This document shows positions 35,725 through 44,888 of a stretch of 64,000 bases of DNA, piece after piece. Within the stretch, counting starts at the first letter, position 1; the number at the start of each line of letters is the position of its first letter. The DNA is from an uncultured Thermoanaerobaculia bacterium (GTDB lineage Bacteria; Acidobacteriota; UBA4820; DSQY01): NCBI GenBank assembly GCA_964589625.1, contig CAZPSH010000002.1, forward strand, positions 68,469-132,468. The letters are read 5' to 3'. A program made the translations under genes and the position numbers. Under the pieces are notes generated by a model. That model searched no databases. It saw only the letters and a program-made list of their open reading frames with translations, and was not told the origin of the DNA.

Positions 35725-37284
35725 ATGACGACGATCCCCATCCGACGAGCCCTCGTATCCGTGTCCCGCAAGGACGGGCTCCAGGAGTTCTGCTCTTTTC
35801 TGGCCCGGTCCGGGGTGGAGATCCTCTCCACGGGAGGAACGGCCAAGGCCCTCCGGGAGGCCGGGGTCCCGGTCGTGGACGTGGCCGCGTACACGGGCTC
35901 GCCCGAGGTCATGGAGGGCAGGGTCAAGACCCTCCATCCCCGCGTCCACGGGGGCATCTTGGCGAGGCGCACGGCGGAACACCTGGCCGACCTCGACCGC
36001 CTCGGCGGAAAGCCCATCGACCTGGTGGTGGTGAACCTCTACCCCTTCGAAAGGGTCGTGGCCAGCCCCGGCGCCTCCATCCCCGAGGCGGTGGAAAACA
36101 TCGACATCGGCGGCCCCTCCATGGTGCGTTCGGCCGCGAAGAACTTCGAGAACGTGGCCGTGGTGGTGGATCCCTCAGACTACGCCTCGCTGATGAAGGA
36201 GATGGAAGCGCAGGGGGGGCTGACCCTATCCACCCGCCTGCGTCTCTCGTCCAAGGCCTTCGAGCGGACGGCGCGCTACGACGGGGCCATTTCGAGGTAC
36301 CTGTCGTCGGTGCGGGCGGAGGGCAAAGACCTTACCCGGAACGGCGGGACCTTCCCCGACTTCCTACCCCTGTTTTTCCGGAAGGTGCAGGACCTTCGCT
36401 ATGGGGAGAACCCCCAGCAGGAGGCGGCCTTTTTCGCCGAGGGCGACCGCTTTCTCCCGGCGTTGCGGCAACACCAGGGCAAGGAACTCTCCTTCAACAA
36501 CCTCCTCGATCTCAACGGCGCTTGGACCCTGGCCTGCGAGCTCCCCGCCCCCGCCTGCGCCATCATCAAGCACACGAACCCGTGCGGGGTCGGGCTGGGC
36601 GCAGGGCCCCCCGCCGCCTTCGAAAGAGCAAAGGCAACGGATCCCCTCTCGGCCTTCGGCGGGATCGTGGTCTTCAACGTCCCGTGCGACGCCCTCGCGG
36701 CGCAGGCCCTCTCGGACCTCTTCCTCGAGATCGTGGCGGCCCCCGCGTACGACGCCAAGGCGCTGGAGATCCTGTCGAGGAAGAAGAACCTCCGCGTCAT
36801 CGAGATGAAGGACCAGGATCCCTTCCCGGGGTGGGACCTCAAGCGCGTCGCAGGCGGGCTGCTGGTCCAGACCCAGGACCTTCCTGGGGCGGCCGAGGAC
36901 CGGCGGGTCGGCACCAAGCGGGCGCCCACGGAGGAGGAGGCCCGGGGCCTCGAACTCATGTGGAAGGTCTGCAAGCACGTCAAAAGCAACGCCATCGTCA
37001 TCGGCGACGCCGAGGGCACGGTGGGCGTGGGCGCGGGCCAGATGAGCCGCGTGGACTCGGTGAAGATCGCATGCGCCAAGGCCTACCGGGACCCGAAGGG
37101 GTGCGTCGCGGCCTCGGACGCCTTCTTCCCCTTCCCCGACGGAGTGGAGGAACTCGCCGCGGCCGGAGTGACGGCGGTGATCCAGCCGGGAGGGAGCATC
37201 CGGGACAACGAGGTGGTCGAGGCGGCCAACCGCCTGGGCGTAGCCATGGTCCTCACGGGCACGAGGCACTTTCGCCATGGCTAG
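35725..37284 (+). CDS. purH: bifunctional AICAR transformylase / IMP cyclohydrolase
   Basis: MGS-like N-domain ([16 protein letters not shown]), AICARFT domain motifs; 519 aa. Confidence 0.9.
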   Translation: MTTIPIRRALVSVSRKDGLQEFCSFLARSGVEILSTGGTAKALREAGVPVVDVAAYTGSPEVMEGRVKTLHPRVHGGILARRTAEHLADLDRLGGKPIDLVVVNLYPFERVVASPGASIPEAVENIDIGGPSMVRSAAKNFENVAVVVDPSDYASLMKEMEAQGGLTLSTRLRLSSKAFERTARYDGAISRYLSSVRAEGKDLTRNGGTFPDFLPLFFRKVQDLRYGENPQQEAAFFAEGDRFLPALRQHQGKELSFNNLLDLNGAWTLACELPAPACAIIKHTNPCGVGLGAGPPAAFERAKATDPLSAFGGIVVFNVPCDALAAQALSDLFLEIVAAPAYDAKALEILSRKKNLRVIEMKDQDPFPGWDLKRVAGGLLVQTQDLPGAAEDRRVGTKRAPTEEEARGLELMWKVCKHVKSNAIVIGDAEGTVGVGAGQMSRVDSVKIACAKAYRDPKGCVAASDAFFPFPDGVEELAAAGVTAVIQPGGSIRDNEVVEAANRLGVAMVLTGTRHFRHG

Positions 37285-37981
37285 ACCATCGGCGGTCCCC
37301 GCCCTGGTCCTCCTTCTGGCCCTGGCCTCGCAGGCGGCGCCTCCGCCCCCCCCCTCCGAGGACCGCGCGAAAACCGAGGCCCTTCTGACCACCATGAACA
37401 CGGTCCAGAAAGGCCTCCAGACCCTGCGCGTCTCCTTCGTGCAGATCAACCACTTTCGGATGCTCGCCAGGCCGCAGGTGCTCAAGGGAACGCTCATTCT
37501 CAAGAAGCCGGATACGGCCCTCTACGCCTACACCTCTCCGAGCCGCCTCTCCTTCCTCGTGAAGGACGGCGACCTCTTGATGGTGGACGAAGCCGCCAAG
37601 AAGGTGGTGGTCCAGGACATCCGGCGCCACCAGAACAAGATCATGCGGTACCTCGCGGTGGGCCAGCCCATCGAGGAACTCACTCGGCACTTCCGGGTGA
37701 ACACCCTCGGCGAGGTCAACGGGTCCATGCACCTCGAACTGGTTCCCTTGAAGGTGCGCGTCAAGCGGAAGATCTCCGCCCTCCACTTTTGGGTGGACAC
37801 GAAGACGGCGCTCCTGGAGGCCTTGGAGATCATCGAGCCGGAGGGGGACCGGATCCGCTTCGAATTCTCGGATTGGGACACCAACCCCGTCCTCACGGAC
37901 GCGGATTTCAAGGTGGAGATCCCCAAGGGCGCAAAGGTCCAGCGCCAGCTCCTGGATGTGGACCAGCCCTTCGGGAATTAG
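37277..37981 (+). CDS. LolA-like outer-membrane lipoprotein carrier family protein
   Basis: Signal peptide, size 234 aa, LolA-like beta-sandwich pattern ([11 protein letters not shown]...[22 protein letters not shown]). Confidence 0.55.
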   Translation: MARPSAVPALVLLLALASQAAPPPPPSEDRAKTEALLTTMNTVQKGLQTLRVSFVQINHFRMLARPQVLKGTLILKKPDTALYAYTSPSRLSFLVKDGDLLMVDEAAKKVVVQDIRRHQNKIMRYLAVGQPIEELTRHFRVNTLGEVNGSMHLELVPLKVRVKRKISALHFWVDTKTALLEALEIIEPEGDRIRFEFSDWDTNPVLTDADFKVEIPKGAKVQRQLLDVDQPFGN

Positions 37982-38086
37982 CCGCGCGGCCCTCCGGCGG
38001 GACCTTCGCGTCCGGCGCCGGCAGGCTCCCGTTCCGCGGGGCGTCCCGATCCTCCCGCCGGCGGGGGCGGAGGAGGTGAGGCGGCC

Positions 38087-38350
38087 ATGATGGATGGCAT
38101 CCTTCGCCTGATCCGGGTCATCCTCCGCTCGCTCTTCATGCTCTTTGAGGGTGTCCCCGCGCTGGATGCCGTGCGAGCCTGGTTCGGAGCCGACCGGGGG
38201 AGTGTGGGGGGCGGGTTCCTCCTCCTCGTGGTGGTGCTGGGCGCCGCGGCCCTGGGGCTCACCCTCTTCCTCGTCCTTTTGCGCTGGCTTGGCAGGAAGG
38301 GGCTCGTGGCGGGGGAGGGCCGTTTGCCCCCGCGGAAGGCTCCGCCGTGA
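38087..38350 (+). CDS. small membrane protein, hypothetical
   Basis: 87 aa with two hydrophobic helices; weak. Confidence 0.3.
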   Translation: MMDGILRLIRVILRSLFMLFEGVPALDAVRAWFGADRGSVGGGFLLLVVVLGAAALGLTLFLVLLRWLGRKGLVAGEGRLPPRKAPP

Positions 38351-39060
38351 CCGGGGCCTGGAGAGGGTGGCGTACGGCCGCTACGGCGACCCTGGTCCTT
38401 CTCGCCACGGCGTGGGCCTGCGGTGGGGGAAGGCGCTCCAGGGGGCCGGAGTCGGTTCCCCGGCGGGACCGAGTCCAGGAAGGTGTGGCCTCGTGGTATG
38501 GGAGAGACTTCCACGGCAGGCCCACGGCCTCGGGCGAGACCTACGACATGAACGGACTCTCGGCGGCTCACCGGACCCTCCCCTTGGGGACCCGGGCGCG
38601 CGTGAAAAACCTGGAGAACGGGCGCGAAGTGGAACTGAAAATCAACGACCGCGGTCCCTTCGTGCGGGGCCGCGTCCTGGACTGCTCCTACGGGGCCGCC
38701 AAAGCGCTCGGTTTCGTGGGGCAGGGGCTCGCCCGCGTCCGGATCGAGGTCCTCGAGCGGGGGCGGGGGCGTCCCCGCGGCCTCCCGCCATCCGGGGAGA
38801 TCCTGCCGGGCGCAGGGGGGCCGCCCGGAACCGTGCTGGACGGCTCCTTCACGGTTCAGGTGGGGGCCTTTCTGAATCCGGACAACGCGGTCCGGCTCCG
38901 CGGTCGGCTCGCCGGAAGCCACCCGGACGCCTACGTGATCCGATTCCGCGACTTCTACCGGGTCAGGGTGGGGCACCTCCGTACGGAGGAGGCGGCGGAG
39001 GCCCTCCTCGGGAGGTTGGCGGAGTCCGGCCTCGAAGGGTTCGTCACTCGCAACGAATGA
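38347..39060 (+). CDS. rlpA: septal ring lytic transglycosylase RlpA-family protein (DPBB + SPOR domains)
   Basis: Lipobox ATAWAC; GVASWYGRDFHGRPTASGETYDMNGLSAAH (DPBB), C-terminal SPOR-like FTVQVGAF...RVRVG. Confidence 0.8.
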   Translation: MTGAWRGWRTAATATLVLLATAWACGGGRRSRGPESVPRRDRVQEGVASWYGRDFHGRPTASGETYDMNGLSAAHRTLPLGTRARVKNLENGREVELKINDRGPFVRGRVLDCSYGAAKALGFVGQGLARVRIEVLERGRGRPRGLPPSGEILPGAGGPPGTVLDGSFTVQVGAFLNPDNAVRLRGRLAGSHPDAYVIRFRDFYRVRVGHLRTEEAAEALLGRLAESGLEGFVTRNE

Positions 39061-39105
39061 AGGCGTCTTCGCCGGAGGACGGGGCGGGGCGCCCCGCCCG
39101 CCGTG

Positions 39106-39498
39106 TCACTCCCCCGGCAGGAACGTGAGCCAGAGCGTGCGGTGGCGCGGCCCGTCGAACTCGAAGAGGAACAACCCCTGCCACCGGCCCAGAAGAAGGT
39201 TGCCCTGGCGCACGGGGATGAGGACCTGGCACCCCGCCACGAGGGCCTTGATATGGGCGTCGGCGTTTCCCTCCGCGTGGCCGTACGGGGCGTCCGGGGG
39301 CACGCGCTCCTCGAACCACTTGAGGACATCGCCCGCCACCGTCGGGTCGGACCTCTCGTTCACACCCACCCCGCAGGTGGTATGCGGACAGTACGCCAGA
39401 ACGGCCCCCGTACCCCCCCACTGCCTGCAGGCCTGCTGAACGTTGCGGGTCACGTCCACGGCCTCGCAACGCTTCTGCGAGACGACCTGGATCTCCAT
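39106..39498 (-). CDS. yjbQ: YjbQ/UPF0047 family protein (secondary thiamine-phosphate synthase-like)
   Basis: 130 aa; MEIQVVSQKRCEAVDVT... HTTCGV... conserved UPF0047 pattern. Confidence 0.7.
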   Translation of the reverse strand: MEIQVVSQKRCEAVDVTRNVQQACRQWGGTGAVLAYCPHTTCGVGVNERSDPTVAGDVLKWFEERVPPDAPYGHAEGNADAHIKALVAGCQVLIPVRQGNLLLGRWQGLFLFEFDGPRHRTLWLTFLPGE

Positions 39499-39609
39499 CG
39501 TCTTCCTTCCTCCACCCCAAGCATAGTGCCGGCGAGGCCGCCGGGCAAGGCGGACCTCGTTGCCGGGGCGGAGGCGGAGTGGTAGCCTGGGGGCGAAGGA
39601 GACGCGCCC

Positions 39610-40335
39610 TTGGTGGAGGCCCCCGCCGACATCGCCTGGTGTGCCGCCGATCCGCATTTCGCCCCCGACGATCCGGCCATCCCCCTCTTTCTCCGGTGGG
39701 TGGGGGCCTTCATCGAGTCGGAGGCGGAGAACCTCGTCCTCCTCGGCGACCTCTTCCAGATCTGGGTGGGGGACGGACGGAGTCTTTCCGCCAGCCAGAC
39801 GGCGGTCCTCGACGCGGCGACCCGCGCCGCGCGCGGGGGTCGGAGGGTCGTGTACCTGGCCGGGAACCGGGATTACTTCGTGGAGTCCGAGGCCGTCCGG
39901 CGGGGGATCCTGGCGCCGGAGCGATGGGACCTTGCGGCCGGGCCCGTCCGCCTGCGCTTCGAGCACGGCGACCTCATCAACACCTCCGACCGCCCCTACC
40001 TCGGGTGGCGGGAATTCTCCCGGTCGGGCGCCGTGCGGGCCCTCGTGGGCTCCCTGCCGCCCCGTTGGAGCGAGGCGCTCGCGCGTGTTCTGGAGAAGAG
40101 GCTCTCGGACACCAACCGGGCCTACAAAGCCTACCGGCCGGGGAAGGAGCTCCGCACCTGGGCGGAGGGACTGGCCGGGGAGGGAATCGAAGGCGCGGTC
40201 CTGGGCCATTTCCACCGCGACGCCGAGGAGGTCGTGGCGGGGGTTCGCGTGCGCTTCGTCCCGCAATTCCGGGAGGAAGGCTACCACCTTCGCGTGGACG
40301 CAAGGGGTTGTTTTCGGCTACTTCCCTTCCGGTGA
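39610..40335 (+). CDS. LpxH-like calcineurin-type metallophosphoesterase (UDP-2,3-diacylglucosamine hydrolase family)
   Basis: AADPHF...LLGDLFQIWVGD...GNRD...HGD metal-binding motifs in LpxH order. Confidence 0.6.
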   Translation: MVEAPADIAWCAADPHFAPDDPAIPLFLRWVGAFIESEAENLVLLGDLFQIWVGDGRSLSASQTAVLDAATRAARGGRRVVYLAGNRDYFVESEAVRRGILAPERWDLAAGPVRLRFEHGDLINTSDRPYLGWREFSRSGAVRALVGSLPPRWSEALARVLEKRLSDTNRAYKAYRPGKELRTWAEGLAGEGIEGAVLGHFHRDAEEVVAGVRVRFVPQFREEGYHLRVDARGCFRLLPFR

Positions 40336-41070
40336 GGCCTCCCCGCGCGGCCCAAGGTGGCGGAGGATTCCCTCCGCGTTGGGGACGCTGGCCCGGATCC
40401 ACCGGTCCCTCAAGGAGGCGGCCGTCTCCTCGGGAAGAGCGACCCGCAGGGCTCTCTTGCCCGAGAGGGACCACAGGAAGATTCCGGCGGCCACGGAGAC
40501 GTTGAGGCTCCGAACGAAGCCCCTCAGGGGCAGGGTGAGCCTGGCGTCCGCTCGGGACTCCCAAAAAGGCGCGGCCCCCTCGCGCTCGTTGCCCAGGACC
40601 AGGGCCACGGGGCCCGGTGGGTCGTAGGCCTCCGGAGACAGTCCTGCCCCCTCGGGGCTCGTGAGCGCCACCGTGAAGCCCCGCGCGCGCAAGTCCCCCA
40701 GGAGGATCTCCGGGTCGGGCCACCGCCGGACCGTGAGCCACCGTTCGGCCCCGAGGGCCACCTGGGGGTTCGTCGTCTCGGGCCAGGACTCGGAGAGGTG
40801 GATCTCCTGGAGCCCGAAGGCCTCGGCGGTCCGCAGGATGGCCGAGAGATTGTGGGGATCGTAGAGGCGGTCGAGGACCAGGACGATTCCCGAGGTCCGG
40901 TCCCTCAACACCTGGTTCAAGCGCTCCACGCGGGCCTCTGTGGCGAAGGGCGCGAGCCGGTCCCACGCCCCCGAGGCGCCGCTGCGGAACTCCCCCCGTC
41001 CCGTCCGGAGCCGGACCTGTCCGGGCCTTGGGCTCCCGCCGCGGGATCCGGGAACTCGGCCCCCCGACAT
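40318..41070 (-). CDS. SpoU/TrmH-family RNA 2'-O-methyltransferase (true start probably internal/non-ATG)
   Basis: VLDRLYDPHNLSAILRTAEAFG, LVLGNEREG, SLNVSVAAGIFL SPOUT motifs. Confidence 0.7.
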   Translation of the reverse strand: MSGGRVPGSRGGSPRPGQVRLRTGRGEFRSGASGAWDRLAPFATEARVERLNQVLRDRTSGIVLVLDRLYDPHNLSAILRTAEAFGLQEIHLSESWPETTNPQVALGAERWLTVRRWPDPEILLGDLRARGFTVALTSPEGAGLSPEAYDPPGPVALVLGNEREGAAPFWESRADARLTLPLRGFVRSLNVSVAAGIFLWSLSGKRALRVALPEETAASLRDRWIRASVPNAEGILRHLGPRGEASPEGK

Positions 41071-41071
41071 C

Positions 41072-41512
41072 TCAGATGTCGGGCTCGGTCTCCACCGTGA
41101 GGTAGAAGACCTGGGCCGTGGAGAGCTGGCTGTTCACGTAGTCGAAGGCCACGAAAAAGGACTCGGTCTCGGAGGGCTTGGTCGAACCGAGCTTGCTCCC
41201 CGTGGTTCCGCACCCCACGAGGTTCCCGCTCGCGTCGAAGAGGGCCACGGCGATGTGGACGCGGAGCCTCTGGGTCCCGTAGTTCTTGACGTTGACGGTG
41301 GCCATGTTGCGGCCCTTGACGTTGAGCTTTCGCGGCCCCACGTAGGAGGGGAACTGGAAGATTACGTCCTGGACCTCCAGGTCGCCCGCCTTCATGTCCA
41401 GCCGGATCCACCTCTCCTGGGCGAAATCGTAGCGCTTGCAGGCGAATTCGGACCGGAAGGGCAGGGCCAGGAGGAGAAAAGCAAGCGCGATCCACGTCTC
41501 ACGTCGTCTCAT
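41072..41512 (-). CDS. hypothetical secreted protein
   Basis: Signal peptide MRRRETWIALAFLLLALP; 146 aa. Confidence 0.4.
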   Translation of the reverse strand: MRRRETWIALAFLLLALPFRSEFACKRYDFAQERWIRLDMKAGDLEVQDVIFQFPSYVGPRKLNVKGRNMATVNVKNYGTQRLRVHIAVALFDASGNLVGCGTTGSKLGSTKPSETESFFVAFDYVNSQLSTAQVFYLTVETEPDI

Positions 41513-41993
41513 GGGGGACTCCTTCGTCAAAGGTCTCTTCCCATCGCGAAAGGAGCCGATCCCAGTGGGACCGCTCCGGGGTGAGGGCCAAGGAAACGAG
41601 AACCTGCCAGATGCACAGGAGGATGGGCTTCCAGGGGGGATGGGCGCCGAGCACGGCGGCGGTGACCGCCGCCAGCCCCAGGCTCTCCGCGGATCCGAGC
41701 AGGAACAGGAGTGTGAGGAAGATGTGGCGGACCATGGAGCCCAGGTCGGAAAGGCCCCGCGCGCGCAAGGTCCGCGGACGGAAGGCGATCCACCGACCCA
41801 GAAGGACGGCCCCTGCCGCGAAGGCGCCGTAGGCGAGCGCCGCGTCCGCCAGCCAGGGGACACGTGCGGGCGAGCGCGACGAGAGGGCCGCGGCGGCGGC
41901 GCCATAGAGGACGGCAGAGGCGACGGCGATCCAAAAGGCCCAGCGGTAGGCCCGCATCCTCCGGAACAGGTCCAGAAGCTCAGTTTCTTTCAT
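41499..41993 (-). CDS. hypothetical membrane protein
   Basis: 4 hydrophobic helices; start at MKETELL. Confidence 0.35.
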   Translation of the reverse strand: MKETELLDLFRRMRAYRWAFWIAVASAVLYGAAAAALSSRSPARVPWLADAALAYGAFAAGAVLLGRWIAFRPRTLRARGLSDLGSMVRHIFLTLLFLLGSAESLGLAAVTAAVLGAHPPWKPILLCIWQVLVSLALTPERSHWDRLLSRWEETFDEGVPHETT

Positions 41994-42789
41994 GGGGCGC
42001 ACGGCGGCGCTCCTCCTTCTCGAAATCGTACAGCGTCCGGTCCATGAGAAATCGAGCCTCCACGCGGCCGAGGGCGGAAAGGACGGAGCGCCTGACCTGA
42101 GGGTACCGCTCGGCTACGTCCTGCACGAGGGTTTTCATGCGCGCGCGCTCCTGGTCCTGCTTCCCGCACAGCCAGCAGCCGCAGTCGATGATCGGGAACC
42201 CGGACTCGGCCGCGTAGTCGGCCAGCATGGACTCGGTGACGTAGAGGAGGGGGCGGATCACGGTGGTCCGGCCGTTCTCCGCCAGAAGCTTCGGCGGCAT
42301 GGAGCGGAGGGACCCCTCGAAGAAGAGGTTCATGAGGAGGGTCTCGGCGGCATCGTCCAGATGGTGCCCGAGGGCCAGCTTGTTGCACCCGAGCGCCAGG
42401 GCGGCCCCGTAGAGGGCTCCCCGCCGCAGGCGCGCGCAGAGGGAGCAGTAGGGCGAGCCCGGACGTCGCTTCTCCTCCACGATCCGGGTGATATCGGTGC
42501 GCTCCAGGTGAAAGGGGATCTCGTCCCTCCGGAGGTAGTCCTCGAGGAGTTCGGATTGGAAAAACTCGCTCCCGTTGTGGACCGTGACCGCCGTGATCTC
42601 GAATCGAATGGGCGAACGCTTCCTCAAGAGGTGGAGGAGCTTCAGGAGACCGAAGGAGTCCTTCCCCCCGGAGAGGGCCACCGCCAGGCGGTCCCCTTCC
42701 CGGATCAGGCCGAAGTCCCCCACCGCCTTGCCCACCCGGTGAAGGAGGATGCGTTCGAGTTTCACTCCGGTGGCCGGGATTCCTGCCAT
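41980..42789 (-). CDS. ttcA: tRNA 2-thiocytidine(32) synthetase TtcA (PP-loop ATPase)
   Basis: SGGKDS PP-loop, CxxC pairs (CSLCARL, CGCWLCG). Confidence 0.8.
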   Translation of the reverse strand: MAGIPATGVKLERILLHRVGKAVGDFGLIREGDRLAVALSGGKDSFGLLKLLHLLRKRSPIRFEITAVTVHNGSEFFQSELLEDYLRRDEIPFHLERTDITRIVEEKRRPGSPYCSLCARLRRGALYGAALALGCNKLALGHHLDDAAETLLMNLFFEGSLRSMPPKLLAENGRTTVIRPLLYVTESMLADYAAESGFPIIDCGCWLCGKQDQERARMKTLVQDVAERYPQVRRSVLSALGRVEARFLMDRTLYDFEKEERRRAPHERN

Positions 42790-42977
42790 GGCCTCACTGT
42801 ATCACCCCAGATTCCGCCATGGGAAGGTCGCGCCGGCGGCGTCGGACCATCTGCTTTGTCAGGCTTCGCGTGCGGACATGCTCCACGTGCGCACGTACGA
42901 GTCGGTGTCCGCCCGCTCGTCTTTCGCGCATCTGGCTGGGCGGCGCCGGGACGCCGCCATCCGCCTGCGGCGGGCGC

Positions 42978-44357
42978 TCACTCCGACGGGCTCCGGGAGG
43001 AATCCCCGGATCGCCCCTTGCGGGGGCGGTGAACGGCAGGGTCGAGCCCCAGTTCGGAGAGACGCTCGTAGAGCCGGGAGCGGCTCAGATGAAGGAGGCG
43101 CGCCGCCGCCGCCACGTTCCCCCGGGCCTTCTCCAGGGCGTCTGAAATGGCCCGGGACTCGGCGTTCTGGCGCACCCCCTCCAGGGACCCGGGAGGCGAT
43201 CCGACCCGCCCCTGGCGCACCTCGGGAGGCAGGTGGCCGGGCTCGGGGAGGCCCGGGCCCGAAAGAAGGGCGGCCCGCTCCACGGCCCACCGGAGCTCCC
43301 GCACGTTCCCCGGCCAGGAGTACTCCTTCAGCGCCTTCAAGAAGGCCGAAGGGAGAGGCGACGCCGGCCATCCCTGGCGCAGGCGCGCCTCGTCGAGGAA
43401 ATGCTGGGCGAGAAGGGGCAGGTCCTCCGGCCGCTCCCTCAAAGGAGGGACGCGGAGGGGGAGGCCGGCGATCCGGTAGAGGAGGTCCTCCCGGAAGGCC
43501 CCGTCCCGAGCGCGGGTCCGTAGGTCCCGGTGGGTGGCGGCCAGCACCCGGACCCGCACCGCGACGGGCCGATCGGCCCCCACCGGCTCAACGGTTCCGT
43601 CCTCGATGGACCGCAGAAGCTTGGCCTGGAGGGGAAGGGGAAGGTCTCCCACCTCGTCCAGGAAGAGGATCCCCCCGTCGGCGGTCTGGAACTTCCCCTT
43701 CCGGGGCGCGTCGGCGCCGGTGAAGGCGCCCTTGATGTGGCCGAAGAGTTCGGACTCGGCGAGGCTCTCGGGAAGGGCGGCGCAGTTGAGGGCCACGAAG
43801 GGACCCAGGGACTGGGGGCTCCGGGCGTGGATCCATCGGGCGAGCACCTCCTTGCCCGAGCCCGTCTCGCCCTGGATCAACAGGGGGGCGGGAGAGGCGG
43901 CCAGCCTCCGGGCTTCCTCGAGCACGGCGCCCATGGCGGGAGAGGCCGTCAGGAAAACTCCGGGCTGGGATTCGGAGGCCTTCCGCTGGAGAGCCGACTG
44001 GCGGGCGGCGTTCCGCACCGTGATGAGGAGGCGCTCGCGGTCCAGGGGTTTCTGGAGGAAGTCGAAGGCGCCGGAGCGGACGGCGGCCACCGCGGCGGGA
44101 ATCGTGCCGTGGCCGGAGATCATCACGACGGAGGTGGAAAGGGCCTGGTTTCGGGCGGCCTCGAGAACGGCCGTGCCCTCGCGATCGGGGAGCCGGAGGT
44201 CCACGAGGGCCACGTCGGGAGGGGGTTCCCGCTGGAGGGCGGAGATCGCCGCCGCGGCGCCGGACGCCTCCCGGACGGCGTACCCCTGCCGCTCGAGAAT
44301 TTCCCTCAGGGCGTCCCGGATGGCGGCTTCATCGTCGACGATGAGAACGGTAGGCAT
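42978..44357 (-). CDS. sigma-54-dependent response regulator (NtrC family), no cognate kinase adjacent
   Basis: Start MPTVLIVDDE; GETGSGKE, GAFTGA, ESELFGH; C-terminal HTH. Confidence 0.8.
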   Translation of the reverse strand: MPTVLIVDDEAAIRDALREILERQGYAVREASGAAAAISALQREPPPDVALVDLRLPDREGTAVLEAARNQALSTSVVMISGHGTIPAAVAAVRSGAFDFLQKPLDRERLLITVRNAARQSALQRKASESQPGVFLTASPAMGAVLEEARRLAASPAPLLIQGETGSGKEVLARWIHARSPQSLGPFVALNCAALPESLAESELFGHIKGAFTGADAPRKGKFQTADGGILFLDEVGDLPLPLQAKLLRSIEDGTVEPVGADRPVAVRVRVLAATHRDLRTRARDGAFREDLLYRIAGLPLRVPPLRERPEDLPLLAQHFLDEARLRQGWPASPLPSAFLKALKEYSWPGNVRELRWAVERAALLSGPGLPEPGHLPPEVRQGRVGSPPGSLEGVRQNAESRAISDALEKARGNVAAAARLLHLSRSRLYERLSELGLDPAVHRPRKGRSGDSSRSPSE

Positions 44358-44439
44358 GGCCCCAGGGTACCCCAAGGCCGCGAATCGCGGAAGCGAGGGG
44401 GTCCCCGATCCCGAGAGTGAAATGGGACGGTGCATTGTC

Positions 44440-44468
44440 TTGACTTCCGTGGCTTCGAAGGGTATATT
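44440..44468 (+). promoter_or_regulatory. candidate sigma-70 promoter TTGACT-N17-TATATT for ferredoxin gene
   Basis: Direct read; ~55 nt upstream of ATG with GGAGG RBS. Confidence 0.4.
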
Positions 44469-44524
44469 CCCCTCTTTTGGAAGTGGGGGGGTGCCCCAGT
44501 TCGTGATCCCGGAGGTTCAGAACG

Positions 44525-44758
44525 ATGGCCGACGCAAACCTGAAGGTTTCCGAGAACGTTCCCGGCAAGTGGTTCGTGGATGAGAACTGCATCGCGTGCG
44601 ACTCCTGCATTTCCATCGCCCCCGATCACTTCCAGATGAACGAGGATTCTACCCACGCCTTCGTCTCCAAGCAGCCCGAAACGGCAGAGGAGGAGCAGCT
44701 TTGCGAGGACGCCAAAGCTTCCTGCCCCTCCGAGTCCATCGGGAACGACGGCGAGTAA
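44525..44758 (+). CDS. small [4Fe-4S] ferredoxin
   Basis: 77 aa; CIACDSC...CP cluster motif. Confidence 0.7.
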   Translation: MADANLKVSENVPGKWFVDENCIACDSCISIAPDHFQMNEDSTHAFVSKQPETAEEEQLCEDAKASCPSESIGNDGE

Positions 44759-44888
44759 GCCCAGGGAATCAAGGATCTCAATGGGCGGCCCGGGAGAACC
44801 CCGGGCCGTCCTTTTTCGTACCCCTGCGAGGCTGTGCTAAGGTGACACCCGGCCCACAGGGAAATCGGACCCTCGAACGGAGGCCACC

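Noticed and set aside
34872-36017. 381-aa minus-strand ORF
   Set aside because: Arg/Gly/Pro junk, antisense to purH 5' end and to the secreted hypothetical gene. It has no start context.
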